Assembly (NCBI GenBank): GCA_963656825.1
Contig: CAVKJG010000004.1
Location: 1 to 61,020 of the forward strand
Direction of reading: 5' to 3'
DNA: 61,020 nucleotides
DNA from: Sphaerochaetaceae bacterium
GTDB lineage: Bacteria; Bacillota; Clostridia; Oscillospirales; CAG-272
Shown here one piece after another: positions 46,393 to 55,936 of this stretch. Within the stretch, counting starts at the first letter, position 1; each line of letters starts with the position of its first letter. Below the pieces are notes generated by a model. It was not told the origin of the DNA. It saw only the letters and a list, made by a program, of their open reading frames with translations, and ran no database searches. The translations under genes and the position numbers were made by a program.

Positions 46393-46528
46393 AATATTTT
46401 TGTCCTTTCGGTTGATTTTGCTCTTTCATAATATATCAAAATTCAGATAAAATCAATATGCGGCGCCGAATTTGCCGGTGTCTGAGACGGAAGGTCTGCT
46501 TAAAAACCAAAATTATTGCAAAAAAATG

Positions 46529-46557
46529 TTGACAACACCGTTTGTTTGTGATAATAT
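46529..46557 (+). promoter_or_regulatory. sigma-A promoter of the tRNA-Ser pair
   Basis: TTGACA, a 17-nt spacer, then TAATAT. Confidence 0.65.
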
Positions 46558-46582
46558 AAATAAGCCGCTTTGAACAGAACAC

Positions 46583-46671
46583 GGAGGGATATCGAAGTGG
46601 TCATAACGAGGCGGTCTTGAAAACCGTTTGTCCGCAAGGGCGCGTGGGTTCGAATCCCACTCCCTCCGCCA
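46583..46671 (+). tRNA. tRNA-Ser (anticodon TGA)
   Basis: Class II tRNA GGAGGGA...anticodon loop CTTGAAA...long variable arm...GGGTTCGAATCCC...TCCCTCCGCCA. Confidence 0.9.
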
Positions 46672-46697
46672 TTTTTTAATATCGGAAACAAGAATTC

Positions 46698-46789
46698 GGA
46701 GAAGTACTCAAGAGGCCGAAGAGGCGCCCCTGCTAAGGGTGTAGGTCGGGTATACCGGCGCGAGAGTTCAAATCTCTCCTTCTCCGCCA
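46698..46789 (+). tRNA. tRNA-Ser (anticodon GCT)
   Basis: Class II tRNA GGAGAAG...anticodon loop CTGCTAA...long variable arm...GAGTTCAAATCTC...CTTCTCCGCCA. Confidence 0.9.
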
Positions 46790-46794
46790 AAAGG

Positions 46795-46842
46795 GAATAA
46801 TACGAACACCGAGGCAAATTCGGGGTTCGTATTATTCTTTTC
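46795..46842 (+). terminator. rho-independent terminator after the tRNA-Ser pair
   Basis: 13-bp arms GAATAATACGAAC/GTTCGTATTATTC followed by TTTT. Confidence 0.8.
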
Positions 46843-46886
46843 TAACGATTATTTCGGTATAAAAGTAAAACGATAAATATGAAAAC

Positions 46887-46937
46887 AAAGAGGCTGTCGC
46901 ACATTGCAAACATGCAACTTGCGACAGCCTCTTTTTG
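46887..46937. terminator. bidirectional terminator hairpin
   Basis: 14-bp arms AAAGAGGCTGTCGC/GCGACAGCCTCTTT. Confidence 0.7.
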
Positions 46938-46945
46938 ATTGTTAT

Positions 46946-47236
46946 TTATACAGCTTCATAGAAGCGAACGTCAGGCTCGGCAGCCCAAGTAGGTTTAAGT
47001 CCGACAAAAACATCGTTTTTGAACATATCCGTTTCGAGATATGCCTTTGCGTGTTCTATGCTGTCGAAGCCGTGAATAACCTGTACGTCCTCATCGCGAA
47101 TGAGAAGTTCTTTCGTTAATGCGCCTTCGATATTATCGAGGAACGGCTGGCGATAATCGTTGTAAACTTTTGCCGCAGCGGGACGATTTTCGGGATTGAT
47201 CATCATTGTGATTTCAAGATAGGCTTTAACTTTCAT
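46946..47236 (-). CDS. small cytoplasmic protein, possibly dimeric alpha/beta-barrel (ABM-like)
   Basis: 96 aa with no TM helix. Divergent from the HxlR regulator gene. The family assignment is a guess. Confidence 0.4.
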   Translation of the reverse strand: MKVKAYLEITMMINPENRPAAAKVYNDYRQPFLDNIEGALTKELLIRDEDVQVIHGFDSIEHAKAYLETDMFKNDVFVGLKPTWAAEPDVRFYEAV

Positions 47237-47328
47237 TTTTAATACCTCCGCGTATTGTGGATTTTATTTGCACTTCCTGAATGCAGCGACAGTATAGCAT
47301 TTTTGCTAAACAAAAGGAAGATATAAAT

Positions 47329-47353
47329 AAATTTATTAGTCGCTAATAAATTT
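47329..47353. promoter_or_regulatory. perfect 11-bp inverted repeat, candidate HxlR operator
   Basis: AAATTTATTAG-TCG-CTAATAAATTT in the divergent intergenic region. Confidence 0.5.
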
Positions 47354-47420
47354 GATAGTTACTTTATTTTTTTAATTAAATGTGTTACAATAGACACAGA
47401 AAATTTCGGAGGCTACTGAA

Positions 47421-47798
47421 ATGTATCTGAAAAAAATTGAATCGGACATCAGATGCCCGCTTGAATACGGACTTGAAATGTTCGGCGGAAAATGGAAATC
47501 CCGCATTATATGCGTGTTGAACGAAAAGGGAACGTTGCGATATAGCAGTATTCGTAAAGAAATGCTGAATATTACCGATGCCGTGCTTGCGGCTACCTTG
47601 AAAGAATTGATTGAAGACGATATTGTTTGTCGTGAACAATATAACGAAATTCCTCCGCGGGTAGAATACTCTCTTACCGACAGAGGAAAATCCGTTGTAC
47701 CGATTCTCCAAAGTATATGCAGATGGGCGGGTATTTTTCAAAGAGAAAGCAACGAAAACATTATGGCGCAATGTCAAAAATGCGATTATAACAGATAG
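47421..47798 (+). CDS. HxlR-family winged-helix transcriptional regulator
   Basis: CPLEYGLEMFGGKWKSRIICVL...PPRVEYSLTDRGKS. Confidence 0.85.
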   Translation: MYLKKIESDIRCPLEYGLEMFGGKWKSRIICVLNEKGTLRYSSIRKEMLNITDAVLAATLKELIEDDIVCREQYNEIPPRVEYSLTDRGKSVVPILQSICRWAGIFQRESNENIMAQCQKCDYNR

Positions 47799-47800
47799 TT

Positions 47801-48490
47801 TCAATTACCGTGCTGTTTTTTGCATGAAGGAAGCGACCTTTTTCCGTAGCGGAGAATATCGTAGGCTATCAGTGTCGCGCAACCGAGCAGGATAAGCGCA
47901 ACTATCGCGATCGCGCAATTGCGGAAAAATACCTGAGGCAGAACGCGGATTATTTCGTCGGTGTCGTAATCGAAGAGCCAATTGTCTTTTCCGGAGAAAA
48001 ATATTTTATGGAATATGACAAAGGCGGCGTCAAAGTCCGACGCGGCAATGCCGGCTGTGACGGCAAAGCCGCCGGAAAGCAGAATTCCGCCCCAAAAGGT
48101 ACAGCCCCTGCCGAGAGGACGGGAGGGCACTATGTTTTTCTTATACAGAACAAGGCACGCTATCAGTATCAGCAGAGAAGCGGCAAGCACGGCAAAGTCA
48201 AGGCGGAACAGCTTTGCGCAATCGGCAAAGTGCGATTTTCCGGATTCCGACCAGCGCAGCACTCCCGTGCCGAAGGGCGTTCCGAAAAGGCAAAAGCTTA
48301 TCATTTCGTCAAAGGCGTCAAGGATTTCGTCCTCTGTCCACGGAGTTCCGTTGCCGAGATCGAGCGCTTTGAGATGTATGGCATAAAACGGACGGCTTAG
48401 CAGAAGAACGGTTGCGATTGCCGCCGTCAGCACAAAAAAAGCAAGAGCCACCGTAAGCACGCAGAACAAAAGCCTGCTTTGTTTTTTCAT
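47801..48490 (-). CDS. TIGR01906-like integral membrane protein
   Basis: ATG 48490 (MKKQSRLLFCVLTVAL) overlaps the upstream stop as ATGA. The extracytoplasmic segment ...SHFADCAKLF resembles the family motif. Confidence 0.6.
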   Translation of the reverse strand: MKKQSRLLFCVLTVALAFFVLTAAIATVLLLSRPFYAIHLKALDLGNGTPWTEDEILDAFDEMISFCLFGTPFGTGVLRWSESGKSHFADCAKLFRLDFAVLAASLLILIACLVLYKKNIVPSRPLGRGCTFWGGILLSGGFAVTAGIAASDFDAAFVIFHKIFFSGKDNWLFDYDTDEIIRVLPQVFFRNCAIAIVALILLGCATLIAYDILRYGKRSLPSCKKQHGN

Positions 48491-49137
48491 TTTGACCTCC
48501 TTTGCGACGAAAGCACTATAAGCACCTGCGACGGAAGATAAAACGCCCACATCAGAATCTGTATTATCGAAGCGACGGCATCCGACACCGGAAAGGGAAA
48601 TGTAACGTTGCAAAGTCCCACGCAGATATCACAGCAGACGAAAAGCAGGAGTCCGACTGAAAAAAGTCGGTTTTTTGCGCTTTGCGCTTCAACGGCGTTG
48701 CAAACAAGCTGAGAAAAATATAATGCGACAAGGATATTCAGCGCGCTCGGCTGCATTGCGCAGACAATCGCGAGCATAGCCGCAAGGAGCAGCAGCCGCA
48801 GGGCAAAAAGCGTTTTTCCGGCTCGCATACGGCGCAGGCGCAGAGCGTAGATTATCTGCACGGGGCAGAAAAAGGCGACGCCGATCGCGTAGAAATTGTC
48901 AAGCACAAGCAGGAAAAGATCGGCGCAGACGGTGAGCGCAAGTGCAAAGGCAACGTATTTTCCGTCTTTTTCCGCAATGCCGGAAAGGCTTACAAAAAGG
49001 CAGAAAAGCACGGAAGCATATTTGAACGCCGTGCTTGCGCCCGACAATCCACCGCGGATATCGCACGCAAGAAAAGCGATATAAAACACCGCCTCTGCCA
49101 CGACAAACACGGAAAGAAACACCTTGCGTCCCGTCAT
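48487..49137 (-). CDS. YhhN/lysoplasmalogenase-family membrane protein
   Basis: 216 aa with about 7 TM helices. Commonly paired with TIGR01906 genes. Confidence 0.55.
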   Translation of the reverse strand: MTGRKVFLSVFVVAEAVFYIAFLACDIRGGLSGASTAFKYASVLFCLFVSLSGIAEKDGKYVAFALALTVCADLFLLVLDNFYAIGVAFFCPVQIIYALRLRRMRAGKTLFALRLLLLAAMLAIVCAMQPSALNILVALYFSQLVCNAVEAQSAKNRLFSVGLLLFVCCDICVGLCNVTFPFPVSDAVASIIQILMWAFYLPSQVLIVLSSQRRSK

Positions 49138-49161
49138 AGCCGCTCCTTTCGCAAATGAGTA

Positions 49162-51435
49162 TTATTTATCGTATTCGGGAGCTTTTGAAGTGAACATATA
49201 CTTGCCCGACGTAAGAGTCTTTTCCGTGCCGTCGGGAAGCTCAAGCTCCGCTGTTGCGCCTTCGGGAATTTCAAATTCGTAATGGACGAATTCTTTTCCG
49301 TAATACCACTTTGAAACCACCGCACCATGCTCGGTTTCGACTTTGCAATTCGCAAAGCCGAGCCTGCGCGAAGGCTTCGGCGCGATGGAAATATGAGAAT
49401 ATCCCGCGCCGTCGGAAAGGGAAGCTATTCCCGCAACATCGCCGTAGAGCCAATCGGCAACCGCGCCGTAAGCATAGTGATTGAACGATGTCATGCTGAC
49501 GTCGCTGAACGTGCCGTCCTCTTTTACGCAGTTCCATCTTTCCCACATGGTAGTTGCGCCGTGATTTACGGAATAAAGCCACGACGGCATTTTTTCCTGA
49601 AGCAAAAGCGTGTATGCGACGTCGGTATAGCCGTTGTCCGTAAGAACGTGAAGAATATACGGCGTGCCGACAAATCCGGTGGAAATCCTGTCGCCGTTTT
49701 CATGGATAAGCTCAACAAGCTTTGCCGCAACCTTTTTTCTTACCTCCTCCGTGCGATAAAGCCCGAATTGCAGAACGAGGGTAAGGGAGGTCTGCGTTAT
49801 TGCGCGGACAACCTGCTGTTCCTTTGCGTTCTGCTCGGCACGGCAGGATATGTGCTTTGAAAGGCACGGCAGACCGTCCTCCATAAAGTTGTCGTTGAAG
49901 GCAATTACTATATTTTCGTGCAGCTTTTCGTATGCGGAAACGTCTTCGCCGAGAGCCTTTCCGGCATTTATCAGGCACTGAACGGAATTTGCGTACATCG
50001 CTGAAGCGATAAAGTCATATTGCGTCGCGCCTGTGCAGCGGGTGTTTCCCTCGCCGTCCATAGCGAGCCAGTCGCCGTACTGCCAGCGGTCTGTCCAGAG
50101 ACATTCGATAGTGCCGGCATGACGGATATATTCCACCCATTTTTTCATCATGGGATAATTTTCGCGGAGCATTTTCTTGTCGCCGTAGGCAAGATATATT
50201 TCCCACGGAATTATTGCGGCGCAGTCTGACCAGGCGGACGCGACGCCCGGGGAGCGCAGACCGTTCGGAACGACTATCGGAATGCCGCCGTCGGTGCGGA
50301 GGCTCTGCTCCGCCGCGCAGTCGGAAAGCCACTTGCGGAAAAAGTTTTTTATGTTGAAGTTATATGCGCCCGCGCGGCAGAAAACCTGTGCGTCGCCCGT
50401 CCAGCCGAGACGCTCGTCTCTCTGCGGGCAGTCGGTGGGAACGTCGAGATAGTTGCTTCTCTGTCCCCAAAGCACGTTGTGATAAAGCTGATTTACCTTT
50501 GCGTTTCCGCAGGCAAAAAAGCCCGTGCGCTTTATATCGGAATAAACTGCGACGGAGGTAAAGCAATCGGGATCTACCGTATCAAACGGATACTCTTCAA
50601 GACGGATATATCTGTAGCCCTGAAACGAGAACGAAGGCTTGAAAACATCGTCTCCGCCGGAAAGAACGTATTCTATTCTGTTTCTTGCGGAACGCATATT
50701 TTCGCTGTAAAAGTTGCCGTCGTTGTCAAGCACCTCGGCGTGAGTGAAAACTATTCTGTCGCCGCGCTTGCCGCGGATACGCACTTCAACATAGCCTGTC
50801 ATATTCTGACCGAAGTCTATTACTTTTTCGCCCTTCGGTGTGATTATAACCTGCATCGGAGCGATTCTTTCATGCTCGCGGACAAATTCGCCCGTCTGCG
50901 CAAAGAGCTTGGTTTTTACGGTTGTATCAACGGCGGCTTTGCCGAGAGATACGATATCGGCGGTGAGATCGACCGTTTCGCCGTGATATATTTCGGAATC
51001 TATAATGTGAGAGGTGTGAACGCTCCAAGTTTCGTCCGTGCAAAAGCTTTCCTTTGCGCCGTCGGCATAGATAACTTCAAGCGCGGCGATAACGCTCATA
51101 TGGTCGGCATAGAGATGCTCGCGCTCATCCCATGTGAGAAATCCTATCGCCCAGCCCTTTCCGGCTGTCAGCGAAAGCTCGGCTTTCTTTCCGGAGAGCA
51201 TTTCCGTAACGTCGTATTTCTGATACTGAGTATGGACGTTTCCCGTCGTCCAGCCGGGAGTAAAAACGGCGTCGCTCACGCGCGCTCCGTTTATTTCGGC
51301 AAAGTAAAGACCTATCGCGCTTGCATAAAGCGTTGCCTTTTTAACCTCGCCGGAAAGATTTATTTTCTTTGAAAAGGTAATAACTCTGTTGTCCTTGTTT
51401 TTGGGAGAATATATCCATTTTGCGTTTTTGTTCAT
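49162..51435 (-). CDS. alpha-L-rhamnosidase (GH78)
   Basis: Contains the DCPQRDERLGWTGDAQVF hallmark. ATG 51435 (MNKNAKWIYSP) has GAAAGGA upstream. Confidence 0.85.
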   Translation of the reverse strand: MNKNAKWIYSPKNKDNRVITFSKKINLSGEVKKATLYASAIGLYFAEINGARVSDAVFTPGWTTGNVHTQYQKYDVTEMLSGKKAELSLTAGKGWAIGFLTWDEREHLYADHMSVIAALEVIYADGAKESFCTDETWSVHTSHIIDSEIYHGETVDLTADIVSLGKAAVDTTVKTKLFAQTGEFVREHERIAPMQVIITPKGEKVIDFGQNMTGYVEVRIRGKRGDRIVFTHAEVLDNDGNFYSENMRSARNRIEYVLSGGDDVFKPSFSFQGYRYIRLEEYPFDTVDPDCFTSVAVYSDIKRTGFFACGNAKVNQLYHNVLWGQRSNYLDVPTDCPQRDERLGWTGDAQVFCRAGAYNFNIKNFFRKWLSDCAAEQSLRTDGGIPIVVPNGLRSPGVASAWSDCAAIIPWEIYLAYGDKKMLRENYPMMKKWVEYIRHAGTIECLWTDRWQYGDWLAMDGEGNTRCTGATQYDFIASAMYANSVQCLINAGKALGEDVSAYEKLHENIVIAFNDNFMEDGLPCLSKHISCRAEQNAKEQQVVRAITQTSLTLVLQFGLYRTEEVRKKVAAKLVELIHENGDRISTGFVGTPYILHVLTDNGYTDVAYTLLLQEKMPSWLYSVNHGATTMWERWNCVKEDGTFSDVSMTSFNHYAYGAVADWLYGDVAGIASLSDGAGYSHISIAPKPSRRLGFANCKVETEHGAVVSKWYYGKEFVHYEFEIPEGATAELELPDGTEKTLTSGKYMFTSKAPEYDK

Positions 51436-51570
51436 AGACGAATATCCTTTCGGTTTGCCGCGGAGAAAGCTCCGCTGTTTATTTTTGCTTAAGTATAACA
51501 CATACGGCTCTGAATTTCAAGGAGCGGGAGGGGATATTTTATATCTCCGATAAAATAAATTCGTTTTTTG

Positions 51571-51599
51571 TTGACATTCCGGAATTCCGGTGATATAAT
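51571..51599 (+). promoter_or_regulatory. consensus sigma-A promoter with a palindrome in its spacer
   Basis: TTGACA, a 17-nt spacer, then TATAAT. The spacer contains CCGGAATTCCGG (51579-51590), and TCCCATATGGGA lies at 51607-51618. Confidence 0.7.
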
Positions 51600-51650
51600 T
51601 TCGTAGTCCCATATGGGATTAAGATTTTCCGCAAAAGAAGGAGGCTTTTT

Positions 51651-51986
51651 ATGAACGTTCAATGTGAAAAAATGATAATGGCGGTGCTTTCGGCAAATGA
51701 CTCGGCAGAGGTGGTTTCGGATCTTTCGGAGCACGGATTTTACGCCACGATTTTAAGCTCCACAGGCGGTTTTCTGCAAAAGAAGAACGTCACGCTTATG
51801 ATAGGCGTCGAGGCGGCGTCGCTTGAAACGGCGCTCGGAATACTTGAAAAGCACGCAAAGACGCGCGTCGAAACGACTTATATAACTCCGCAGGGTACGG
51901 CGGGAATGCCGGCAATGCCCGTAAAGGTGTGCAACGGCGGCATAGTTGCATTTGTTATGAATGTTGAAAAGTGTGTGAAATTCTGA
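51651..51986 (+). CDS. darA: PII-like cyclic-di-AMP receptor DarA (YaaQ/DUF970)
   Basis: TILSSTGGFLQKKNVTLMIGVE closely parallels B. subtilis DarA [22 protein letters not shown] (from memory). AAGGAGG RBS. Confidence 0.7.
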   Translation: MNVQCEKMIMAVLSANDSAEVVSDLSEHGFYATILSSTGGFLQKKNVTLMIGVEAASLETALGILEKHAKTRVETTYITPQGTAGMPAMPVKVCNGGIVAFVMNVEKCVKF

Positions 51987-51995
51987 GGCGCAGCT

Positions 51996-52439
51996 ATGGA
52001 TATACAAACACAAAAAACGCTTGCAAAAGCAAATCTTTCGGTGATACAGTACAGGGGAACGTATGCAAAATGGTGTACGATGCACGCTGTGGGATATAAT
52101 GAAATGCTTGTGTTTTACACTATAAGAGAATACGGATACTGCACGCAGAAGCAGCTTTGTCAAAGCTATCTTCTGCCGAGGCAGACAATGCATAATGTGA
52201 TATCGAAGATGAGAAACGAAGGTGTGCTTCGGATATCGGCAGAGCATTGCAAAGGCAGGGAAAAGGCTTTTGTGCTTACGGAGGAAGGCAAGCTGCGGGC
52301 AAAGCCGGTAACGGAGTATCTGCTTGCGACGGAAGAAAAAGCAATAAATATATTCGGAGAGAAAAACCTTTTGAGAATGTCACGCCTTATCGGCGCTTAC
52401 AACAAGGCGCTTTCTCAGGCGATAGAAGAGGAGAACTGA
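51996..52439 (+). CDS. MarR-family transcriptional regulator
   Basis: 147 aa. Winged HTH CTQKQLCQSYLLPRQTMHNVISKMRNEGVL. Confidence 0.8.
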   Translation: MDIQTQKTLAKANLSVIQYRGTYAKWCTMHAVGYNEMLVFYTIREYGYCTQKQLCQSYLLPRQTMHNVISKMRNEGVLRISAEHCKGREKAFVLTEEGKLRAKPVTEYLLATEEKAINIFGEKNLLRMSRLIGAYNKALSQAIEEEN

Positions 52440-52450
52440 GAGGAAAGGTT

Positions 52451-53809
52451 ATGGAAGCAAATACTTCGGAACAAAATTTTTTCGGGACGGAGAGTATAGG
52501 AAAAATACTTCTTAAAATCGCTCCGCCCGTTATGCTTGCCCAGCTTATTCAGGCACTTTACAACGTTGTGGACAGCTTCTTTGTCGGAAGATATTCGGAC
52601 GACGCGCTTACGGCGGTCACGGTCGTTTATCCGATACAGCTTATCGCAATCGCGGTGGCTGTCGGAACGGGAGTCGGAGTAAATACCTATATGGCAAGAA
52701 AATACGCGCTCGGACAGACCAAAAAAGCAAATGCGACGGCAGGCACGGGAACAGTGCTTGCGGCGCTGTCATGGCTTGTATTTGCGATTGTTTCGTATTT
52801 TATAATGCCGGCATACGTCAGAACCTCGGCGACGGAATCCGCCGCGATAGAGCAGGCGGTGACCTACGGAAGAATAGTATGCGTCGGAAGCATAGGAACG
52901 TTTCTTGAAGGCAACTGGTCGAAGGTTCATCAGTCGAGAGGAAATATGAGAGTACCGATGCTTGCTCAGGTGGCGGGCGCGCTGACAAACGTAGTGCTTG
53001 ATCCGATATTTATTTTCGGACTCGGACCGATACGCGAAATGGGCGTCGCCGGCGCAGCTTATGCAACCGTTATAGGACAGTGTATTTCGGCTGTGATTGT
53101 CGGTATAAAGGGCTTTTGCAAGCCGCCGAAAGCAAAAGACGCCGTAAAATTTGCCGGAAAGATATATTATTACGGCTATTCTTCGATACTTATGCAGTCG
53201 CTTTATACGGTGTATATAGTATTGCTGAACATCATTCTTTCCGGATTTTCGGATTCAGCCGTTACCGTGCTCGGACTTTATTACAAGCTGCAAAGCTTTT
53301 TCTTCATTCCGCTTTTCGGACTTCAGACGTGCATCGTGCCCGTGCTGAGCTTCAACTGCACGAGAAAAGCTTATAAACGCTGTAAGGATACAATGCGCGA
53401 TTCCTTTATTATATCGCTTGTGTTTATGATACTCGGCACGATATGCTTTGTCGGAATTCCCGAACAGCTTATAAGACTGTTTTCAAGCTCCGAGCAGGTG
53501 ATTGCAATAAGTAAAAAAGCCTTTCCCATAATAGGCTGCAGCTTTTTTGCCGCGGTTTTTTCGCTTATCATGCCGACGTTCTTTCAGGCGATAGGCAACG
53601 GCTTTGCAAGCATTATGCTCTCGCTGACAAGACAAATATTTGTCCTTGTTCCGGTGTTCTGGGCGTTTTCAAAAATAGGGCTTGACTATACATGGATAGC
53701 GTTCCCGACGGCAGAAATCGTTGCTGGCGCGGTAGGACTTATACTTTACCGGCGACAGCTGAAAAAGTGGGAGCGCGAAAGCGCGACGCTCAAAAAAACA
53801 GACGAATAA
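52451..53809 (+). CDS. MATE-family efflux transporter
   Basis: Internal ATG 52451 (MEANTSEQNFFGTESIGKILLKIAPPVMLAQLIQALYNVVDSFFVGR). 12 TM helices. Confidence 0.8.
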   Translation: MEANTSEQNFFGTESIGKILLKIAPPVMLAQLIQALYNVVDSFFVGRYSDDALTAVTVVYPIQLIAIAVAVGTGVGVNTYMARKYALGQTKKANATAGTGTVLAALSWLVFAIVSYFIMPAYVRTSATESAAIEQAVTYGRIVCVGSIGTFLEGNWSKVHQSRGNMRVPMLAQVAGALTNVVLDPIFIFGLGPIREMGVAGAAYATVIGQCISAVIVGIKGFCKPPKAKDAVKFAGKIYYYGYSSILMQSLYTVYIVLLNIILSGFSDSAVTVLGLYYKLQSFFFIPLFGLQTCIVPVLSFNCTRKAYKRCKDTMRDSFIISLVFMILGTICFVGIPEQLIRLFSSSEQVIAISKKAFPIIGCSFFAAVFSLIMPTFFQAIGNGFASIMLSLTRQIFVLVPVFWAFSKIGLDYTWIAFPTAEIVAGAVGLILYRRQLKKWERESATLKKTDE

Positions 53810-53813
53810 AAAG

Positions 53814-53856
53814 AAAATCCCTTCGCCGAGATAGTCGGCGAAGGGATTTTTGTTTT
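53814..53856 (+). terminator. rho-independent terminator
   Basis: 15-bp arms AAAATCCCTTCGCCG/CGGCGAAGGGATTTT followed by TGTTTT. Confidence 0.85.
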
Positions 53857-53942
53857 CAATCCGAAAATAAACCTTAAAAGCTGTTGCGTTTTGTGTGCTT
53901 TTGTGATATACTTAACAAAATACATAAATCAAAGGATTCAAA

Positions 53943-55295
53943 ATGAAGAAAAGACTCAGTTTAACCGAAACCTTTGCCGTGGGCAGTATGCTTTTCGGCT
54001 TGTTTTTCGGGGCAGGTAACCTTATTTTTCCCGTGTTTATGGGGCAGTGCGCGGGGGCAAACGTATGGAAAGCGATAATCGGCTTTCTGATAACGGGCGT
54101 CGGGATTCCGCTTCTCGGCGTGGCTTCGCTCGGTATGAGCCGCAGCGACGGCTTGCTTGAGCTCAGCGGCCGAGTGGGAAAAAGATACGGTGTGTTTTTC
54201 ACCTGTGCGCTTTATCTTTCGATAGGACCGTTTTTTGCAATACCGCGTTGCGCTTCGACGTCGTTTTCCGTGGGTATAAAGCCGCTTGTCAGCGACGGAA
54301 CGGCAAAATGGCTTGTATGGATATTTTCGTTTGTATTTTTTGCGGCGGTGCTGTGGTTTTCGCTCAGACCGGGGAAAATACTTACATGGGTGGGAAAAAT
54401 ACTTACGCCGCTGTTTCTTGTCAGTCTTGCTCTGCTCGCCGTCACCGCGCTTGTAAAGCCTATGGGCTCGGTTTCGGAAATCGTGCCGGAAGCGGATTAT
54501 GTAAGCAATTCGTTTTTCCAAGGTTTTCTTGACGGCTACAATACTATGGATGCGCTTGCAAGCCTTGCGTTCGGAATAGTCGTAATAAACGCGATAAAGG
54601 GACTTGATGTAAAAGAGCCTTCGGCGATAGCCGGAAATACGATTACCTCCGGACTTTTCGGATGCGCTGTCATGGCGTTTATTTATGCCGCGCTTGCGAT
54701 AATCGGCGCGCAGAGCAGAGCGGTATACGAGCTTTCTGCCGACGGCGGTGAGACGCTGTATGTTATTGCCACGCATTATTTCGGCGGCGTCGGCGGGATA
54801 ATTCTTGCCGTTACGGTAACTCTTGCGTGTCTTAAAACCGCGGTGGGACTTATAACAAGCTGCGGAGAAACATTCTGCGAGATGTTCCCGAAGGGACCAG
54901 AATACAAAGTCTGGGCGATAGGCTTTTGCGTGATTTCGTTCTTTATTTCAACCGTGGGACTCAGCGCGATAATCGGCTGGTCGCTTCCCGTGCTTATGCT
55001 TTTGTATCCGCTTGCAATGACTCTTATTCTGCTTGCGCTTTTCGGCAGACTGTTTTCAAACGACAGAGCGGTTTATATATCTGTTACGGCATTTACGTTT
55101 GTTTCCGCGCTGTTTGACTTTGTAAAATCGCTTCCGCTCGGATTGCCGCAGACAAAGGTCTGCGCCGCAATAATCAAGGTCGGCAATCTTTTGCCGTTTG
55201 CGGATATCGGACTCGGTTGGGTATGTCCCGCGGCGCTCGGACTTATAACAGGGCTTATAATTCATTTTTCAAAGAAAATAAAAAAAGAGGACTGA
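53943..55295 (+). CDS. brnQ: branched-chain amino acid transport system II carrier (LIVCS)
   Basis: Contains GSMLFGLFFGAGNLIFPVFMG. 450 aa, 12 TM helices. Confidence 0.88.
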   Translation: MKKRLSLTETFAVGSMLFGLFFGAGNLIFPVFMGQCAGANVWKAIIGFLITGVGIPLLGVASLGMSRSDGLLELSGRVGKRYGVFFTCALYLSIGPFFAIPRCASTSFSVGIKPLVSDGTAKWLVWIFSFVFFAAVLWFSLRPGKILTWVGKILTPLFLVSLALLAVTALVKPMGSVSEIVPEADYVSNSFFQGFLDGYNTMDALASLAFGIVVINAIKGLDVKEPSAIAGNTITSGLFGCAVMAFIYAALAIIGAQSRAVYELSADGGETLYVIATHYFGGVGGIILAVTVTLACLKTAVGLITSCGETFCEMFPKGPEYKVWAIGFCVISFFISTVGLSAIIGWSLPVLMLLYPLAMTLILLALFGRLFSNDRAVYISVTAFTFVSALFDFVKSLPLGLPQTKVCAAIIKVGNLLPFADIGLGWVCPAALGLITGLIIHFSKKIKKED

Positions 55296-55314
55296 ATTTC
55301 AGTCCGCTTTTTTT
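55286..55314. terminator. bidirectional terminator
   Basis: GGACTGA-ATT-TCAGTCC followed by GCTTTTTTT. Confidence 0.75.
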
Positions 55315-55319
55315 ATGTG

Positions 55320-55811
55320 TTACAGCTGTTTTATATAAAAACAGTTCATTGTGCCGTGTGGCGTCGAGCAGGGCTTTTCAATCCGATGAAAGCCCGTTTT
55401 TTCATAAAGCTTCAAAGCAACCGAAAGGCTTGTGTGGGTTTCGAGATACAGATTATCATAGCCGGCCTCTCTTGCCCATTCCTCCGCCAGCCGCATAAGC
55501 TCTTTTCCGTAGCCGTTGCCCTTTGCAGAGTCGTCCAGATAAAGCTTCTGAAGCTCGGCGCAGTTTTCTATTCCGTCAAATTCCGCAATGCCGACGCCCC
55601 CTATAATCTGTTCTTTCTCGTCGAGCGCAACAAAATATATACGCTTTGACGGCTTGCTGTTGTAATAAGCGCTCAGATGATCCAGCTCGGGATCAAAATA
55701 CGCCGTTCCCGGAATGTCCAGATGAAGCTTTTCCAGATTGGCGCGAATGATTTCGGCAATTCTTTTATCATCGGCAGCCTCCAGCTTTCTGTAATTCAGC
55801 ATAACGATCAT
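55320..55811 (-). CDS. GNAT-family N-acetyltransferase
   Basis: 163 aa with the acetyl-CoA motif region AKGNGYGKELMRLAEEWA. Confidence 0.8.
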   Translation of the reverse strand: MIVMLNYRKLEAADDKRIAEIIRANLEKLHLDIPGTAYFDPELDHLSAYYNSKPSKRIYFVALDEKEQIIGGVGIAEFDGIENCAELQKLYLDDSAKGNGYGKELMRLAEEWAREAGYDNLYLETHTSLSVALKLYEKTGFHRIEKPCSTPHGTMNCFYIKQL

Positions 55812-55883
55812 CTCCCTGATTTCAGATTTGCCTGTTTTCCGACAGTCATTATATCAAAAAACAAAGCTCCTGTCAACAGTCAA

Positions 55884-55908
55884 CAAAAAAACCCCGAAAA
55901 ATCGGGGC
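55884..55908 (-). terminator. rho-independent terminator after rpsI
   Basis: On the minus strand: CCCCGA-TTTTT-CGGGG followed by TTTTTTT. Confidence 0.8.
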
Positions 55909-55936
55909 TTTTGAATTTGCTCTGCAAGATAAACTG

